From NCBI GenBank assembly GCA_051252375.1, contig JBPOFY010000002.1:384001-448000 (forward strand): a stretch of 64,000 bases of DNA, written 5' to 3'. The notes beneath the pieces were generated by a model. That model was not told the DNA's origin, did not search any database, and saw only the letters and a program-made list of their open reading frames with translations. This DNA comes from Opitutaceae bacterium. GTDB lineage: Bacteria > Verrucomicrobiota > Verrucomicrobiia > Opitutales > Coraliomargaritaceae. Position 1 is the stretch's first letter. Each line of letters begins with the position of its first letter. A program made the translations under genes and the position numbers. Positions 21,061 to 32,133 of this stretch are shown here, in pieces.

Positions 21061-24000
21061 TTATTCACTCGGCGTCTCTGCTTTAGGGAACGGCTCGGCT
21101 AAACGCTCATAGAGCGCATATTGGTCGTCGACGAATTGCTGCGCTTTCTTACCTAGCAACTTCGCGCGACCGGGGTCCTTCAGCTTCAACATACGGAAGC
21201 GTGCTTCATTGTCGGTGTAAACATACAGCGGTTCCTTCGGCTTGCGTGAATCGAGCTTGAGCGGATTCTCGCCATTCTCAGAGCGAGCAGGATCGAAGCG
21301 ATAGAGCGGCCATGCGCCAGTGCTGACGGCGAGCTTTTGCTGCGCCATACCATCGGCGAGATTATAGCCGTGCGCGATACAGTGACTGTATGCGATAATC
21401 AGCGACGGACCGGGATGGCGCATGGCCTCGTAGATCGCGTTGACGGTCTGCGTGTCTTTTGCGCCCATGGCTACTTTGGCGACATAGACGTTGCCGTAGT
21501 TCATCGCGATCAAGCCGAGGTCTTTCTTGCCCACAGCTTTACCTGAAGCAGCAAACTTCGCAATCGCGCCGATCGGCGTAGACTTACTTTGTTGTCCACC
21601 AGTGTTGGAATAGACCTCGGTATCGAGAACGAGAATGTTGACGTTACGCCCCGAGGAAAGCACGTGGTCCACCCCACCGAAGCCAATATCATAGGCCCAA
21701 CCGTCACCGCCTACGATCCACACGGATTTCTCGACTAGGTAGTCAGCCACATCAAGCAGACGCTTGGCATTGAGACCGGAGACCGATTGTAGGCTTTGCT
21801 TCAACTGATCCACTCGTGCACGTTGCGCTGCGATGCCAGCCTCGTCGGACTGATCGGCGTGCAGGATGCCGTCCACCAATTCGAAATCGTCAGCACCTTT
21901 CACTTTGATCAAGAGGTGCCGTGCGATCTGCGTTTGCTGATCGATTGAGACACGCATCCCAAGACCGAACTCGGCATTATCTTCGAAGAGTGAATTGGCC
22001 CATGCGGGTCCGCGACCATCGCTGTTGCAAGTGTAAGGTGTGGTGGGCAAGTTGCCACCGTAGATGGAAGAGCAACCTGTGGCATTGGCCATCACGAGGC
22101 GATCCCCGCAGATTTGAGTCAACATTTTGAGATACGGCGTTTCCCCACAACCTGCGCATGCGCCCGAATACTCAAAGAGCGGTTCTTTGAATTGGGTGAA
22201 TTTCACATCGTCCTTCAAAGTCGCACGATCAGGCTTAGGCAACGCAAGGAAGAAGTCGTAGTTGGCACGTTCCTCTTCAAGCAGCGGCGCTTGCGTGCGC
22301 ATGTTGATCGCTTTCTCACGAGGATTGCTCTTATTCTTCGCTGGGCAAACCGCGACACAAAGCGAGCAACCCGTGCAGTCTTCTGGTGCCACTTGGATGG
22401 TGAATTTCTTATCGGGATAATCCTTAACCCGGAAATCAACGGAGCGGAAACAATCAGGTGCACCGTCGAGCGACTCGGCATCGTAGAAATTCGAACGGAT
22501 GGCCGCGTGTGGGCAAGCTTGCACGCACTTGTTACACTGGATGCAGACTTCCGGATCCCAAATTGGAATTTCTTGAGCGATGTTGCGCTTCTCCCACTGG
22601 CTGGTGCCGACATCCCAGACCCCATCTGGACGGAAGGCACTGACTGGCAACGCATCCCCCTTGTTGGAGAGCATGACGGCGGTGATACGTTGGACAAAAT
22701 CAGGTGCCGCGGCAGGCACTACTGGTGGTTTTTCAATCGTCGACGATACGACGTCTGGTGTGACCACTTCATACAATGCAGCGAGTGTCTGATCCACCGC
22801 CGCGAAATTCTTATTCACGACTTCTGGGCCTTTTTTGCCGTAGGTTTTTTGAATCGCTTCTTTGATCTTCGCAATTGCTTCGTCACGAGGTAGCACGCCG
22901 GAAATTGCAAAGAAGCAAGTTTGCATGATCGTGTTAATCCGCCCGCCCATGCCGGCCTCACGTGCTACTTTATAGGCATCGATGACATAGAATTTGAGTC
23001 CTTTTTCGACAATCGCCTCTTGAATTGTGCGTGGCATGTGCGACCACACTTCGTCTTTTGTAAAGTTGGAATTGAGCAGGAACACTGCGCCAGGTGCCGC
23101 AGCATCGAGCACATCGTATTGATCGAGGAACTGCGCTTGGTGACAACCGACAAAGCTGGCATTCTTAATTAGATAAGGTGCCTCAATCGGATCCGGTCCA
23201 AACCGCAGGTGTGAAATGGTGACTGCACCAGACTTCTTAGAATCATAGACGAAGTAACCCTGAGCTGAGTTCTCTGTGCCCTCTCCGATGATCTTCACCG
23301 TATTCTTATTCGCTCCCACAGTGCCATCGGAACCGAGACCGAAGAAAATACCACGAATCACTTCGGGCGCTTCAATATCGAAATACTCATCAACCGGCAG
23401 CGACAATCCAGACACGTCATCAACAATGCCGACAGTGAAACGGCGCTTCGGTTTCTCAGCGCTCAATTCATTGAACACAGAATTGACCATCGCGGGGGTG
23501 AAGTCTTTCGAACCCAAACCGTAGCGACCACCAATGGTCATCGGGCAAAAAGCATCCGGTAACAGACCGGTCTGACGCGCTTCATCAATCGCGCCCACCA
23601 CATCGAGGTAGAGTGGTTCGGCCACCGCACCTGGCTCTTTGCAACGATCCAAGATCGCGATGCGGCGCACGGTTTTAGGTAGCGCAGCGACAAAGCGTTT
23701 CACATCGAGTGGACGATACAAACGCACTTTCAGCACGCCGGTCTTTTCACCTTTTGCATTTAGATAATCGACCGTTTGCGAAACTGTTTCTGCTCCGGAG
23801 CACATGATAACAACCACCGACTCTGCGTCGGGTGCGCCATGATATTCGTAGAGTCCGTATTGGCGACCAGTGAGCTCGGCGAACTTCGCCATCTCGGCTT
23901 CGACCGTGTCGGCACAAACATCATAGAATGGATTAGAGGCCTCACGCGCTTGGAAGAACACATCCGGATTTTGCGCGGTGCCACGAATAGTTGGGTGATC

Positions 24001-24645
24001 CGGCGATAGGCTGTTGGCTCGGATACGAGCAATTGCCTCGTTATCGATCATCGCTTCAAGCACCGAGTCGGCCAGTGGTGCGATCTTGTTGATTTCGTGC
24101 GAAGTGCGGAAGCCGTCAAAGAAATGCAAAAAAGGAATCCGACACTTCAAAGTCGAAGCGTGTGCGATACAGGCCATGTCCTGCGCTTCTTGCACTGAAT
24201 TCGAGGCCAACATCGCGAAACCAGTCTGGCGACATGCCATGACATCCGAATGATCACCAAAAATCGACAGTGCATGTGTTGCCAAAGCGCGCGCGCTCAC
24301 ATGCATACAGAACGGCGTCAGCTCACCCGCAATTTTATACATATTGGGGATCATCAGCAAAAGACCTTGCGATGCGGTGAAAGTCGTCGCCAATGCACCC
24401 GTTTGCAGCGCTCCGTGCAAGGCACCTGCAACGCCCGCCTCTGACTGCAGTTGCACCACTTCAGGCACATCCGACCAAATATTTTTACGGTTCGCAGCCG
24501 CCCATTCGTCACAGACTTCGCCCATACTCGTCGACGGCGTAATCGGATAAATTGCAATCACCTCGGATGCGCGATATGCGACTGAAGCCACGGCTTCATT
24601 AGCGTCTGTCATCAGAGAAGGAAGAGAGGTAATATTGTCTTTCAC
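21061..24645 (-). CDS. nifJ: Pyruvate:ferredoxin (flavodoxin) oxidoreductase
   Basis: IYPITPS, TTFTASQGLLLM, GLGSDGTVG, two 4Fe-4S motifs, GACAGCGET, GGDGWAYDIG; start codon uncertain (GTG at 24645 or the ATG of MTDANEA). Confidence 0.95.
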   Translation of the reverse strand: MKDNITSLPSLMTDANEAVASVAYRASEVIAIYPITPSTSMGEVCDEWAAANRKNIWSDVPEVVQLQSEAGVAGALHGALQTGALATTFTASQGLLLMIPNMYKIAGELTPFCMHVSARALATHALSIFGDHSDVMACRQTGFAMLASNSVQEAQDMACIAHASTLKCRIPFLHFFDGFRTSHEINKIAPLADSVLEAMIDNEAIARIRANSLSPDHPTIRGTAQNPDVFFQAREASNPFYDVCADTVEAEMAKFAELTGRQYGLYEYHGAPDAESVVVIMCSGAETVSQTVDYLNAKGEKTGVLKVRLYRPLDVKRFVAALPKTVRRIAILDRCKEPGAVAEPLYLDVVGAIDEARQTGLLPDAFCPMTIGGRYGLGSKDFTPAMVNSVFNELSAEKPKRRFTVGIVDDVSGLSLPVDEYFDIEAPEVIRGIFFGLGSDGTVGANKNTVKIIGEGTENSAQGYFVYDSKKSGAVTISHLRFGPDPIEAPYLIKNASFVGCHQAQFLDQYDVLDAAAPGAVFLLNSNFTKDEVWSHMPRTIQEAIVEKGLKFYVIDAYKVAREAGMGGRINTIMQTCFFAISGVLPRDEAIAKIKEAIQKTYGKKGPEVVNKNFAAVDQTLAALYEVVTPDVVSSTIEKPPVVPAAAPDFVQRITAVMLSNKGDALPVSAFRPDGVWDVGTSQWEKRNIAQEIPIWDPEVCIQCNKCVQACPHAAIRSNFYDAESLDGAPDCFRSVDFRVKDYPDKKFTIQVAPEDCTGCSLCVAVCPAKNKSNPREKAINMRTQAPLLEEERANYDFFLALPKPDRATLKDDVKFTQFKEPLFEYSGACAGCGETPYLKMLTQICGDRLVMANATGCSSIYGGNLPTTPYTCNSDGRGPAWANSLFEDNAEFGLGMRVSIDQQTQIARHLLIKVKGADDFELVDGILHADQSDEAGIAAQRARVDQLKQSLQSVSGLNAKRLLDVADYLVEKSVWIVGGDGWAYDIGFGGVDHVLSSGRNVNILVLDTEVYSNTGGQQSKSTPIGAIAKFAASGKAVGKKDLGLIAMNYGNVYVAKVAMGAKDTQTVNAIYEAMRHPGPSLIIAYSHCIAHGYNLADGMAQQKLAVSTGAWPLYRFDPARSENGENPLKLDSRKPKEPLYVYTDNEARFRMLKLKDPGRAKLLGKKAQQFVDDQYALYERLAEPFPKAETPSE

Positions 24646-24809
24646 GATAAGTATTGCTAAACTTATACATACCCTAAGACAAGCAATGCTTATAGGTAGA
24701 TTTGATTCTTTAGCTAATATAATTGAATACAAAAGCTGCGCTTATGACTCAGAAGTGTATCCGTCACGTCGTTTCCGAGGGGTTACAATGGTTGACGCGA
24801 CGTCACGAA

Positions 24810-24862
24810 TAACCCCTCCGTCTGCGGCGAGCGCAGACACCTCCCCTTCGCAGGAGAGGAGC
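24810..24862. repeat. Intergenic hairpin repeat
   Basis: acccctccgtctgcggcgagcgcagacacctccccttcgcaggagagg; nested stem-loops. Confidence 0.45.
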
Positions 24863-24897
24863 TTATTGAGCGGCTAGTTTTCTGGAAAATCGCTTAA

Positions 24898-24929
24898 GGT
24901 AGCGGCGATGGTCCCCATCGCCACACGTC
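24898..24929. repeat. GTAG-footed REP (family B variant)
   Basis: ggtagcggcgatggtccccatcgccacacgtc, repeated exactly at about 45230. Confidence 0.8.
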
Positions 24930-24954
24930 AAGGCCGCACGATTCCTACGGGCAC

Positions 24955-25884
24955 TTAGCGCCCAAAGAAGCTCAAAGCGAAGTCCGCAAAATAGGCATCG
25001 ACGTATTGATCGGCTCCGAGGAAATACAGTAAACCGGCAACCGCGAGCATTGGGCCAAATGGCACCTGCGCACCAAACTCAACGGCTTCTTCCTCTTCTT
25101 CACCTTCAACCGGATCAATTAATGGCGCATCGGGCTTTGCAGCTCCTTTGCCGAGTAGTCGACCGATCATCAAAATGGGCAACAGGACGATCGAACCAAT
25201 CAAGGCACCGCCAAACATCGCAAAAACAGCGCCTTGCCATCCACAGAAAGCACCGATGAAGCCGACAAATTTCACATCGCCCTCCCCCATGGCTGGCTTG
25301 CGAAAGACAATCTCGCCGAGCACTGCGATCCAATAAACTAAGCCCGCACCGATCAATGCGCCCATCACCGAGAGCACACCGGATTGGATATTTTCAGCAA
25401 TCGGTAAACCCTCGATACCATGCAGAGCAGGAAACGCGATTGAGAGCACCACACCGATCACCATACCACCAATCGAGAAACGATCAGGAATGATCATGTG
25501 ATCGAAATCAATGAATGTGGAACAGATCAAAAAAGCGATGTAGAGCATTCCAATGAATGCCACCACCGGCGAATGCGTGAGCCATGAAGCCAAGAACAAT
25601 AAACCCGTGAGCAGCTCAATGGCTGGATAACGCACGCTGAATTTTGCACCGCAGCAACTGGCGCGACCTCGCAAAATCAACCAAGTCAAAATCGGCAGGT
25701 TATGATACCAGGGAATGGGTTGTCCGCAGGCACAGGTTGATCCGGGAAAAACCACCGAGCGTTCTGCCGGTATACGATAGATACAGACGTTCAGAAAACT
25801 CCCGACTATGGTGCCTAATATAAAAACAAGCGAAGTGAAGAACCAGGGAAAGTCTTCGTTAATAAATTCAAGTGTCTCAATCAT
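24955..25884 (-). CDS. pilD: Type IV prepilin peptidase
   Basis: GSFLNVCIYRIP, ID....IPD, MGEGDVK, VPFGP motifs. Confidence 0.9.
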   Translation of the reverse strand: MIETLEFINEDFPWFFTSLVFILGTIVGSFLNVCIYRIPAERSVVFPGSTCACGQPIPWYHNLPILTWLILRGRASCCGAKFSVRYPAIELLTGLLFLASWLTHSPVVAFIGMLYIAFLICSTFIDFDHMIIPDRFSIGGMVIGVVLSIAFPALHGIEGLPIAENIQSGVLSVMGALIGAGLVYWIAVLGEIVFRKPAMGEGDVKFVGFIGAFCGWQGAVFAMFGGALIGSIVLLPILMIGRLLGKGAAKPDAPLIDPVEGEEEEEAVEFGAQVPFGPMLAVAGLLYFLGADQYVDAYFADFALSFFGR

Positions 25885-26809
25885 AACGGGGCGGTAAATT
25901 TAAAGCGTGGCAAGCAGCCTTCGACATCACATGCGCACTCACCTCTGCATGCGACCAAATTTCTAAAGAGCGCACACCTTGATGCACCAACATGGAAAGA
26001 CCATTGGCAATTTCGAGTCCATGCGCGCTGGCTTCCTTTAACAGTGTCGTCGCAGAAGGATTATAGATCATGTCATAGACCTTCCAACCTTTAGGTAGCG
26101 CAGTGACATCAATCGGGGCGGGATCATCCGCCTTCAAGCCGAGCGAGGTCGCATTGATCAGTACGCCATTTTCGGGTAGATCCGCAGGCAGCTCGGCAAT
26201 GGCAAACGCCTCTGCAGTTTGACCGCCGGGCATCGCATGCACGACATCCATCACATTTTGTAAACGCTCGGGTGTGCGATTACCTATATAAAGCTTCGAA
26301 CAATGATCGAGCACGCACTGCACCGCCGCGGCGCGCGCCGCGCCACCGGAACCCAGCAAGACAACTGTGGCACCTTTGAGGTGCACATCTAAATCTGCCT
26401 TGAGGGCATTCTTCAAACCATAGCCGTCGGTATTGAAACCATCATAGCCAAACTCGTCCCAAACCAGTGTGTTGACCGCGCCCATGCGCTCCGCATCCGG
26501 GGAGATACCTTTGATCAAAGGCATCGCCTCGACCTTGTGAGGGATGGTTAAATTAAGCCCGAGAAAATTATGCTTATGAAACAGCGGCAAAGCCTTGGGC
26601 AAATCCTCAGGCGCGACGTCGAAACGAAAATACGTCCAATCCGCAAAACGTGAATTCACTAGCCGCATTTTTGCCAGTGCCGCGTTGTGCATCGCGGGAC
26701 TGACCGAGTGCTTGATCGGGTGCCCTAAAACAGCCAAAGGCGTGCCACCAAAATCAATTTTGCCCAAATCATCGAGGGTGTAAGTTTTATCCGTATCAAA
26801 AGTCGTCAT
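25877..26809 (-). CDS. aroE: Shikimate dehydrogenase
   Basis: HSVSPAMHN, NLTIPHK, GAVNT, NTDG, GSGGAARA, DMIYNP motifs. Confidence 0.93.
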   Translation of the reverse strand: MTTFDTDKTYTLDDLGKIDFGGTPLAVLGHPIKHSVSPAMHNAALAKMRLVNSRFADWTYFRFDVAPEDLPKALPLFHKHNFLGLNLTIPHKVEAMPLIKGISPDAERMGAVNTLVWDEFGYDGFNTDGYGLKNALKADLDVHLKGATVVLLGSGGAARAAAVQCVLDHCSKLYIGNRTPERLQNVMDVVHAMPGGQTAEAFAIAELPADLPENGVLINATSLGLKADDPAPIDVTALPKGWKVYDMIYNPSATTLLKEASAHGLEIANGLSMLVHQGVRSLEIWSHAEVSAHVMSKAACHALNLPPRYD

Positions 26810-27027
26810 TCAGAGTAAGAGAGTTCTAAAACAAGTAGGCATGAATCCACGCAGTGACGAGCCGTTTTTTGATTTCTTCAGACTTGATCGTTGGTTTCGT
26901 GCTGGGCAGCTATATTCACTAACAAATCCAATTAAAATTCCTGTTAAAAGCGGAAATCCTTAAAGTTTCCCGAGGTGACGCTTGACCCAAAAAACGATTT
27001 AAAGATTGTTAAAACGAAAATCTCATT

Positions 27028-27906
27028 GTGGCTAAAAAAAATAAACAACAACGCAATGCGCTTTTCAAAGCGTTTTTCGTCCTAATGCTGCTCTCCACAG
27101 CTTGCTGCCTCGTCCTAATTTGGGCTGCACGCGATGCCAACTCCCCGTTCGCAAAGTCGATCCGTCAGTGGATCGGAATCAGAGAACCAGCACCTGTCGT
27201 TGAAGAGGTTCCGATCGTTGAAGTTCCTGAAGTGGTCGAAGTGACACCTGAGCCGATCCAGCCAATCGTGGTCGAACCTGAACCGGATCCCATCATTGAT
27301 ATCACTTTTGGAGAGATCACCAAACTACGCCACCTTTGGCCTAGAAAGCTCCAACTAAACTTAGCCGCGAAGATCACAATTCGTTTCAACGGCAACACCT
27401 ATGGCGACATCGAGTTCGCGCCCGGCACGGTCGTCCAAGTGCAAGCACTGAAATCGCCGGCACATGTCGAATGCACACTCGGCAGCAATTTCACCACCAT
27501 CCCAGTCCATGAAACTGATTTCGCAGAATGGTTCACCGACAAGTATTCGGAAAAATATACATTACAGCCGATTCCAAAAGTTGATAATACAAACGATTTC
27601 GAGAGGGCGACATTCACCCGAGACGAACGGGAAAAAGCAGTGTGGAATCAAATGAATATTTGGTGCCACAAGAATTACGGTTCCATCGCGCTGACCCTCG
27701 ACACAGACAAACTGATTTTCAAATGGCATGCCACGAACGACAACTACGTGGACTATTCATACGAAGCGCGCGAGATCGCACGCAAATTTTTGCAACTTCG
27801 ATCTGAACTAGGCAAGACAGACGACAACTACGCCGCTTGTGAAATCCGCAACCCACGGACAGATGAGCTATTAGGCAGCGGCGCTGTCTTCATCCCTCAA
27901 CTATAG
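27028..27906 (+). CDS. Hypothetical membrane-anchored protein
   Basis: 292-aa ORF with an N-terminal TM helix and a Pro/Glu/Val linker. Confidence 0.65.
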   Translation: MAKKNKQQRNALFKAFFVLMLLSTACCLVLIWAARDANSPFAKSIRQWIGIREPAPVVEEVPIVEVPEVVEVTPEPIQPIVVEPEPDPIIDITFGEITKLRHLWPRKLQLNLAAKITIRFNGNTYGDIEFAPGTVVQVQALKSPAHVECTLGSNFTTIPVHETDFAEWFTDKYSEKYTLQPIPKVDNTNDFERATFTRDEREKAVWNQMNIWCHKNYGSIALTLDTDKLIFKWHATNDNYVDYSYEAREIARKFLQLRSELGKTDDNYAACEIRNPRTDELLGSGAVFIPQL

Positions 27907-27944
27907 CCGAAAGATAGAACTCGGTTTCTTGAGACTGAGGTAAT

Positions 27945-28097
27945 CCCGAGCATATACGCTAACCTGCTAAACCGAAACACGGAAGGAGACTGCCGTGGCT
28001 ACAACTTAGACCAGAGGGACGTGTTTCACCCGTCCGCCATTTACTTGGAAGCTCATCCTGAAACGTAAAGATGTAGCCACGTCACTCTGTGACGTGT
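27945..28097. repeat. REP mosaic (families C and A-like), partly an inverted copy of the 19.8-20.0 kb unit
   Basis: cacggaaggagactgccgtggctaca; gagggacgtgtttcacccgtccgcca; tgtagccacgtcactctgtgacgtg. Confidence 0.8.
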
Positions 28098-28134
28098 CCC
28101 TCAAGTTCGTCCAAGGCGGTTACCTTCGATACCA

Positions 28135-28911
28135 CTAAGAAAGGCCGCGCTCACTGCTCTCGGCAAAAGTAAGCAAGGTCTGAACGATTGGATCCTCTAG
28201 ATCTGCTTCTGCGCGTAACTTATCAGCTGCTTGGCGACGGTTGAGACCTTCCTTGTAAAAGGTTTTAAACAGACGACGCACCAGAGCGACATCTTCCGGA
28301 GAAAATCCAGCTCGTTCCAAACCGATCTTATTTGTGGTGCGCACTACCGCAGGATTTCCATCTGCGATCATATATGGCGGCACGTCCTGCACGATTTTAG
28401 ATGCAGCGCCAGCCATGGCGTAATCACCGATACGGCAAAATTGATGTAGTCCCGTGCCCCAGCCGATATTGACGTGATTACCCACCACAACGTGACCACC
28501 GAGCGCAGAGTGGCTACTCATCACCAAATGGTTCCCGACGATGCATTCATGCGCAATGTGACTATATGAAAGAATCAAATTATGATCCCCCATAATCGTA
28601 TTCGAATCTTCGTTGGTGGCACAGTGAACTGTGGTGAACTCACGAAAGACGTTTTTTGAGCCGATCTTCAGACCGTGCACACCGCCACGATATTTCAAGT
28701 CGTGCGTTTTACCACCGACGTAGGCGTATGGGTGCACTTCATTGTCCTCGGCCATCGTGGTGGCACCATCGACAGTTGCGTGGTGCATGACCTCCGTGCC
28801 TTTGCCAATCTTCACACGGGAACCGATGTAAGCATAAGCACCTACGGTTACGCCATCATCGAGCTCAGCACCGTCTTCAACGATTGCAGTTGGGTGAATC
28901 TGTGTCGCCAT
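28135..28911 (-). CDS. lpxA: UDP-N-acetylglucosamine O-acyltransferase
   Basis: [30 protein letters not shown] motifs. Confidence 0.95.
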   Translation of the reverse strand: MATQIHPTAIVEDGAELDDGVTVGAYAYIGSRVKIGKGTEVMHHATVDGATTMAEDNEVHPYAYVGGKTHDLKYRGGVHGLKIGSKNVFREFTTVHCATNEDSNTIMGDHNLILSYSHIAHECIVGNHLVMSSHSALGGHVVVGNHVNIGWGTGLHQFCRIGDYAMAGAASKIVQDVPPYMIADGNPAVVRTTNKIGLERAGFSPEDVALVRRLFKTFYKEGLNRRQAADKLRAEADLEDPIVQTLLTFAESSERGLS

Positions 28912-28925
28912 TTTTGTGGTCTCAA

Positions 28926-30260
28926 TTAATCAGTCGCATCGGCCAGCATGAACATCAGTTCGGCGCTGGAAACAGTCTTACCGGCCACTTTACATTCGCC
29001 AGTGGCTGTCGCGATTTTATTACCCCGAATCTTGATCAACTTAACGCGAATCTCGATGGAGTCTCCAGGCTCAACGGCTTGGCGGAATTTCACCTTATCC
29101 ACACTCATGAAAAAAGCGATTTTGTTCTCTTCGACAGGAAGCTTGCGTAAAAGTAAAACACCAGCCGCTTGCGCCATCGCTTCAACTTGCAAGACACCCG
29201 GCATCACAGGACGTCCCGGATAGTGACCTTGGAAATATGGCTCGTTAATGGTGACGTTTTTAAGGGCGACCAACTCGTCTTCGCTGACGATTTCGATGAC
29301 CTTATCAATCATCACGAATGGGTAACGATGCGGCAAAGTATCCAACACACGGCGAATATCCATCGTCGTTTCATGTGCTTCGACTACGGAAGCTTTTTTA
29401 GACTTCGCCGCAGCTTTCGCGCCCTTTGCTTTTTCAAGAATCTTCTTACGTAGCACCTTGGAAAGCTCTGCATTCAAAGCATGCCCTGGACGCACGCCAA
29501 CGATGTGTGCCTTGATCGGCATACCCGCGAGCACGATGTCGCCGATGATATCGAGCATCTTGTGACGAACAAACTCATCCTTAAAACGAAGCGGCTCTTT
29601 AGAGACGATCTTATCGCCCTTGATCACAATCGCGCTGTCGAGACTACCACCCTTGATCTTACCGAGCTTCAACAACTCTTCGATGTCTTCATAGATGGTG
29701 AAAGTCCGCGCTGGTGCGATCTGCGCCACGTATGTTTCAGGGTCCACATCCAGACTCAAGTGCTGCGTATGGATCCCACGGTCATCTGCCGAGGTGCATG
29801 TAATACGGAAGCCATCATAAGGCAGCGCAATAATTGAACTGTTGCCGCGTGTGACAGAAATCGGTTCTTCCAAAACGAAGTATTCGCGCTCCGCCTCTTG
29901 CTCCACAGGTTCAGCTTGCTGCACCAGATTTACGAAATGCTTCGCAGAACCATCGAGAATCGGTGGCTCACTCGCATCCATTTCGATGAGCACATTGTCC
30001 ACACCGCAACCATTCAGCGCGCTCAACACGTGCTCCACGGTGTGCACCTTGGCATGTCCGTCGGCAATCGTCGTGCTGCGAACCAAATCCTCAACCAACT
30101 CGATCATCGGTTTCAGTTCAGGCTTACCGTAAAGATCGATCCGTTTAAAAACGATCCCGTGATTCTCGGCAGCTGGTTTGAGGGTCAGATTAACTTCTTC
30201 GCCTGTGTGCAAGGACTTCCCCTTGATCGAGACTTCCCGAAGGATGGTGCGTTGCTTCAT
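28926..30260 (-). CDS. lpxC-fabZ: Bifunctional LpxC/FabZ
   Basis: MKQRT..., [18 protein letters not shown] (LpxC); LPHRYPF and GHYPG.P.MPGVL..EAMAQ (FabZ). Confidence 0.95.
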   Translation of the reverse strand: MKQRTILREVSIKGKSLHTGEEVNLTLKPAAENHGIVFKRIDLYGKPELKPMIELVEDLVRSTTIADGHAKVHTVEHVLSALNGCGVDNVLIEMDASEPPILDGSAKHFVNLVQQAEPVEQEAEREYFVLEEPISVTRGNSSIIALPYDGFRITCTSADDRGIHTQHLSLDVDPETYVAQIAPARTFTIYEDIEELLKLGKIKGGSLDSAIVIKGDKIVSKEPLRFKDEFVRHKMLDIIGDIVLAGMPIKAHIVGVRPGHALNAELSKVLRKKILEKAKGAKAAAKSKKASVVEAHETTMDIRRVLDTLPHRYPFVMIDKVIEIVSEDELVALKNVTINEPYFQGHYPGRPVMPGVLQVEAMAQAAGVLLLRKLPVEENKIAFFMSVDKVKFRQAVEPGDSIEIRVKLIKIRGNKIATATGECKVAGKTVSSAELMFMLADATD

Positions 30261-30417
30261 ATATATGAGTATTAAGACAGTAAGATCAGAACGAACAGTG
30301 AGAACGGACCGACATAAAACCCCAAAAGCTAAAGGAAGCCTCAAACATGTAAAGCATCGGTTTTAACGATCACCTGATGTGTGAGAAGGGATACCTTGGT
30401 AGCTGTCTTATATATTA

Positions 30418-30524
30418 TGGAGGGCAATGCGCCGTTCTAACCTGAGTTTGTCGAAGTGTCATTGCCGCAGATACTTCGTTGCCGCATCGAACCTTCGGCG
30501 GTTGCGACGGAGCGCAACCCTCCA
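30418..30524. repeat. Family A REPIN with an insertion in its left arm
   Basis: tggagggcaatgc...aacctgagtttgtcgaa...gtcattgccg; cggcggttgcgacggagcgcaaccctcca. Confidence 0.8.
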
Positions 30525-30559
30525 AAAACATGCAACTCGCTCGTATTTTGCCAGTTCTA

Positions 30560-31288
30560 TTAGACTTTTGAACCAAACGCTTCGGTAAATTCAGCTCGTA
30601 GGCTCACCAGCAAGTCCACCGCGCCGGGTGAGTCCGCATGCACACAAAGCGTATCTGCCTTGAGGGGGATACTCGCTCCACCAATCGCCGGCATCCAGTC
30701 AGTGGACAACCACTCCCGCACACGCTCAACCGCGTCGACCGCGTCCAAGATCGCCCCAGGTTCACCGCGTGGCACCAGTCCGCCGTTGTCGAGATAACCA
30801 CGATCAGCAAATGCCTCCGCCCACACTTGAACCCCCTGCGCTGCCGCTTCGCGTGCACAAAGACCACCCGCCAAAGCGAAAACCCCCAACGCCGGCCGGT
30901 CTAGCATGAACTGTAAAAAGACCGCACGTAGAGCCGCGTTCACTTCGACCGCATGATATAACGACCCGTGTAGCTTAACATAGCGCACCTCTCCGCCCAC
31001 AGTGACCGCCGCCTCGCAAAATCCATCCACCTGCGCAGTCAACAAAGCCTCAAATTCCGTTGAACTAGGCAAGTCCCCACCCCGTCCACTGGATCCAGCC
31101 AGCCCGGGATGCGCGCCAATCATCACGCCAGCTTCGCTCGCTAATTGAATCGTCGAAGTCGTTTTGGCCAAACTGCCGGCATGCACACCACAACAGATAT
31201 TCGCCGCACCGACTTGAGCCATTAGACCAGCCGTCTGCTCCGGCGATTCATTTTCGCCCAGATCACAATTGAGTATCAGTCGCGCCAT
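30560..31288 (-). CDS. pxpA: 5-oxoprolinase subunit A (LamB/YcsF)
   Basis: LNCDLGE, NICCG.HAG, GAHP, YVK.HG.LY, EAFADR.Y, TLCVH.D motifs. Confidence 0.9.
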   Translation of the reverse strand: MARLILNCDLGENESPEQTAGLMAQVGAANICCGVHAGSLAKTTSTIQLASEAGVMIGAHPGLAGSSGRGGDLPSSTEFEALLTAQVDGFCEAAVTVGGEVRYVKLHGSLYHAVEVNAALRAVFLQFMLDRPALGVFALAGGLCAREAAAQGVQVWAEAFADRGYLDNGGLVPRGEPGAILDAVDAVERVREWLSTDWMPAIGGASIPLKADTLCVHADSPGAVDLLVSLRAEFTEAFGSKV

Positions 31289-32133
31289 TGGAAAGAAATC
31301 TGCGTGCCCGGAGCGCATTGCGCAAGTCTATCGATATCTGCATCCCGCAACACAGCCAGCTTCGCATAGCCGCCCACCGTCGGGCCATCCACCATGGTGA
31401 CAATCGGCTGACCATTGCCCGGAACCTGAAAACTCCCGGGCAGCACTGGCTCACTGGGAATCGAGGTTGGCACCTCTAGAACAGGGCCTTCCAAACGAAA
31501 ACCGGTGCGATCCGATCGCGCCGACACCCGCCAAGACGATGCGACCAAGGTCTCGCGAGCCGACTCCGAGAACAATGCATACTGCGGGCCTCTTAATAGC
31601 TCAAAACTCACTTCGCGGTCAAAACCCCTTCGATCCTCTTTCAATAGACGCCGCAACGAGACCCCCTCGGTCGACACCTGCGGGGCGGATTCCACCGCCG
31701 AAAGCTGCATCCCTTTCTGTAAAACGCAGCCCAATCCATTCCGCGCATCCACCGAGGCACTGCCAAACCAGTGATCCGCAACCACGCCTCCCGGCACCGC
31801 CAAATAGGCAAACAGACCTGATCGTGCCTGCGGAAAGGTCAAAACCTCGCCCGCGGACACCCGCAGCGCCGTCCATGGCTCGATCCCGCATCCGAGATCC
31901 GCACCAGCCAGCGCCAACCAAGTATCCGCCAACACCTTCAACTTCGCCCCCTGCAGCATGATCTCCAGCGCTGGAGCCGCTTCCCGATTGCCCAACAAAC
32001 GATTTGCCGCCGCCAGCGAATAGCGATCCATCGCCCCACCGACCGGCACCCCGAAGCGACGCCAGCCCGCACGACCAGCATCCTGAATCGATAGCCCCAC
32101 CCCAGTAGATAGTATTTCAAGTATCGGCTGCAT
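31276..32133 (-). CDS. pxpC: 5-oxoprolinase subunit C (AHS2)
   Basis: IQD.GR, G.MD, SDRTG.RL, D.PT.GGY motifs. Confidence 0.9.
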   Translation of the reverse strand: MQPILEILSTGVGLSIQDAGRAGWRRFGVPVGGAMDRYSLAAANRLLGNREAAPALEIMLQGAKLKVLADTWLALAGADLGCGIEPWTALRVSAGEVLTFPQARSGLFAYLAVPGGVVADHWFGSASVDARNGLGCVLQKGMQLSAVESAPQVSTEGVSLRRLLKEDRRGFDREVSFELLRGPQYALFSESARETLVASSWRVSARSDRTGFRLEGPVLEVPTSIPSEPVLPGSFQVPGNGQPIVTMVDGPTVGGYAKLAVLRDADIDRLAQCAPGTQISFQWRD

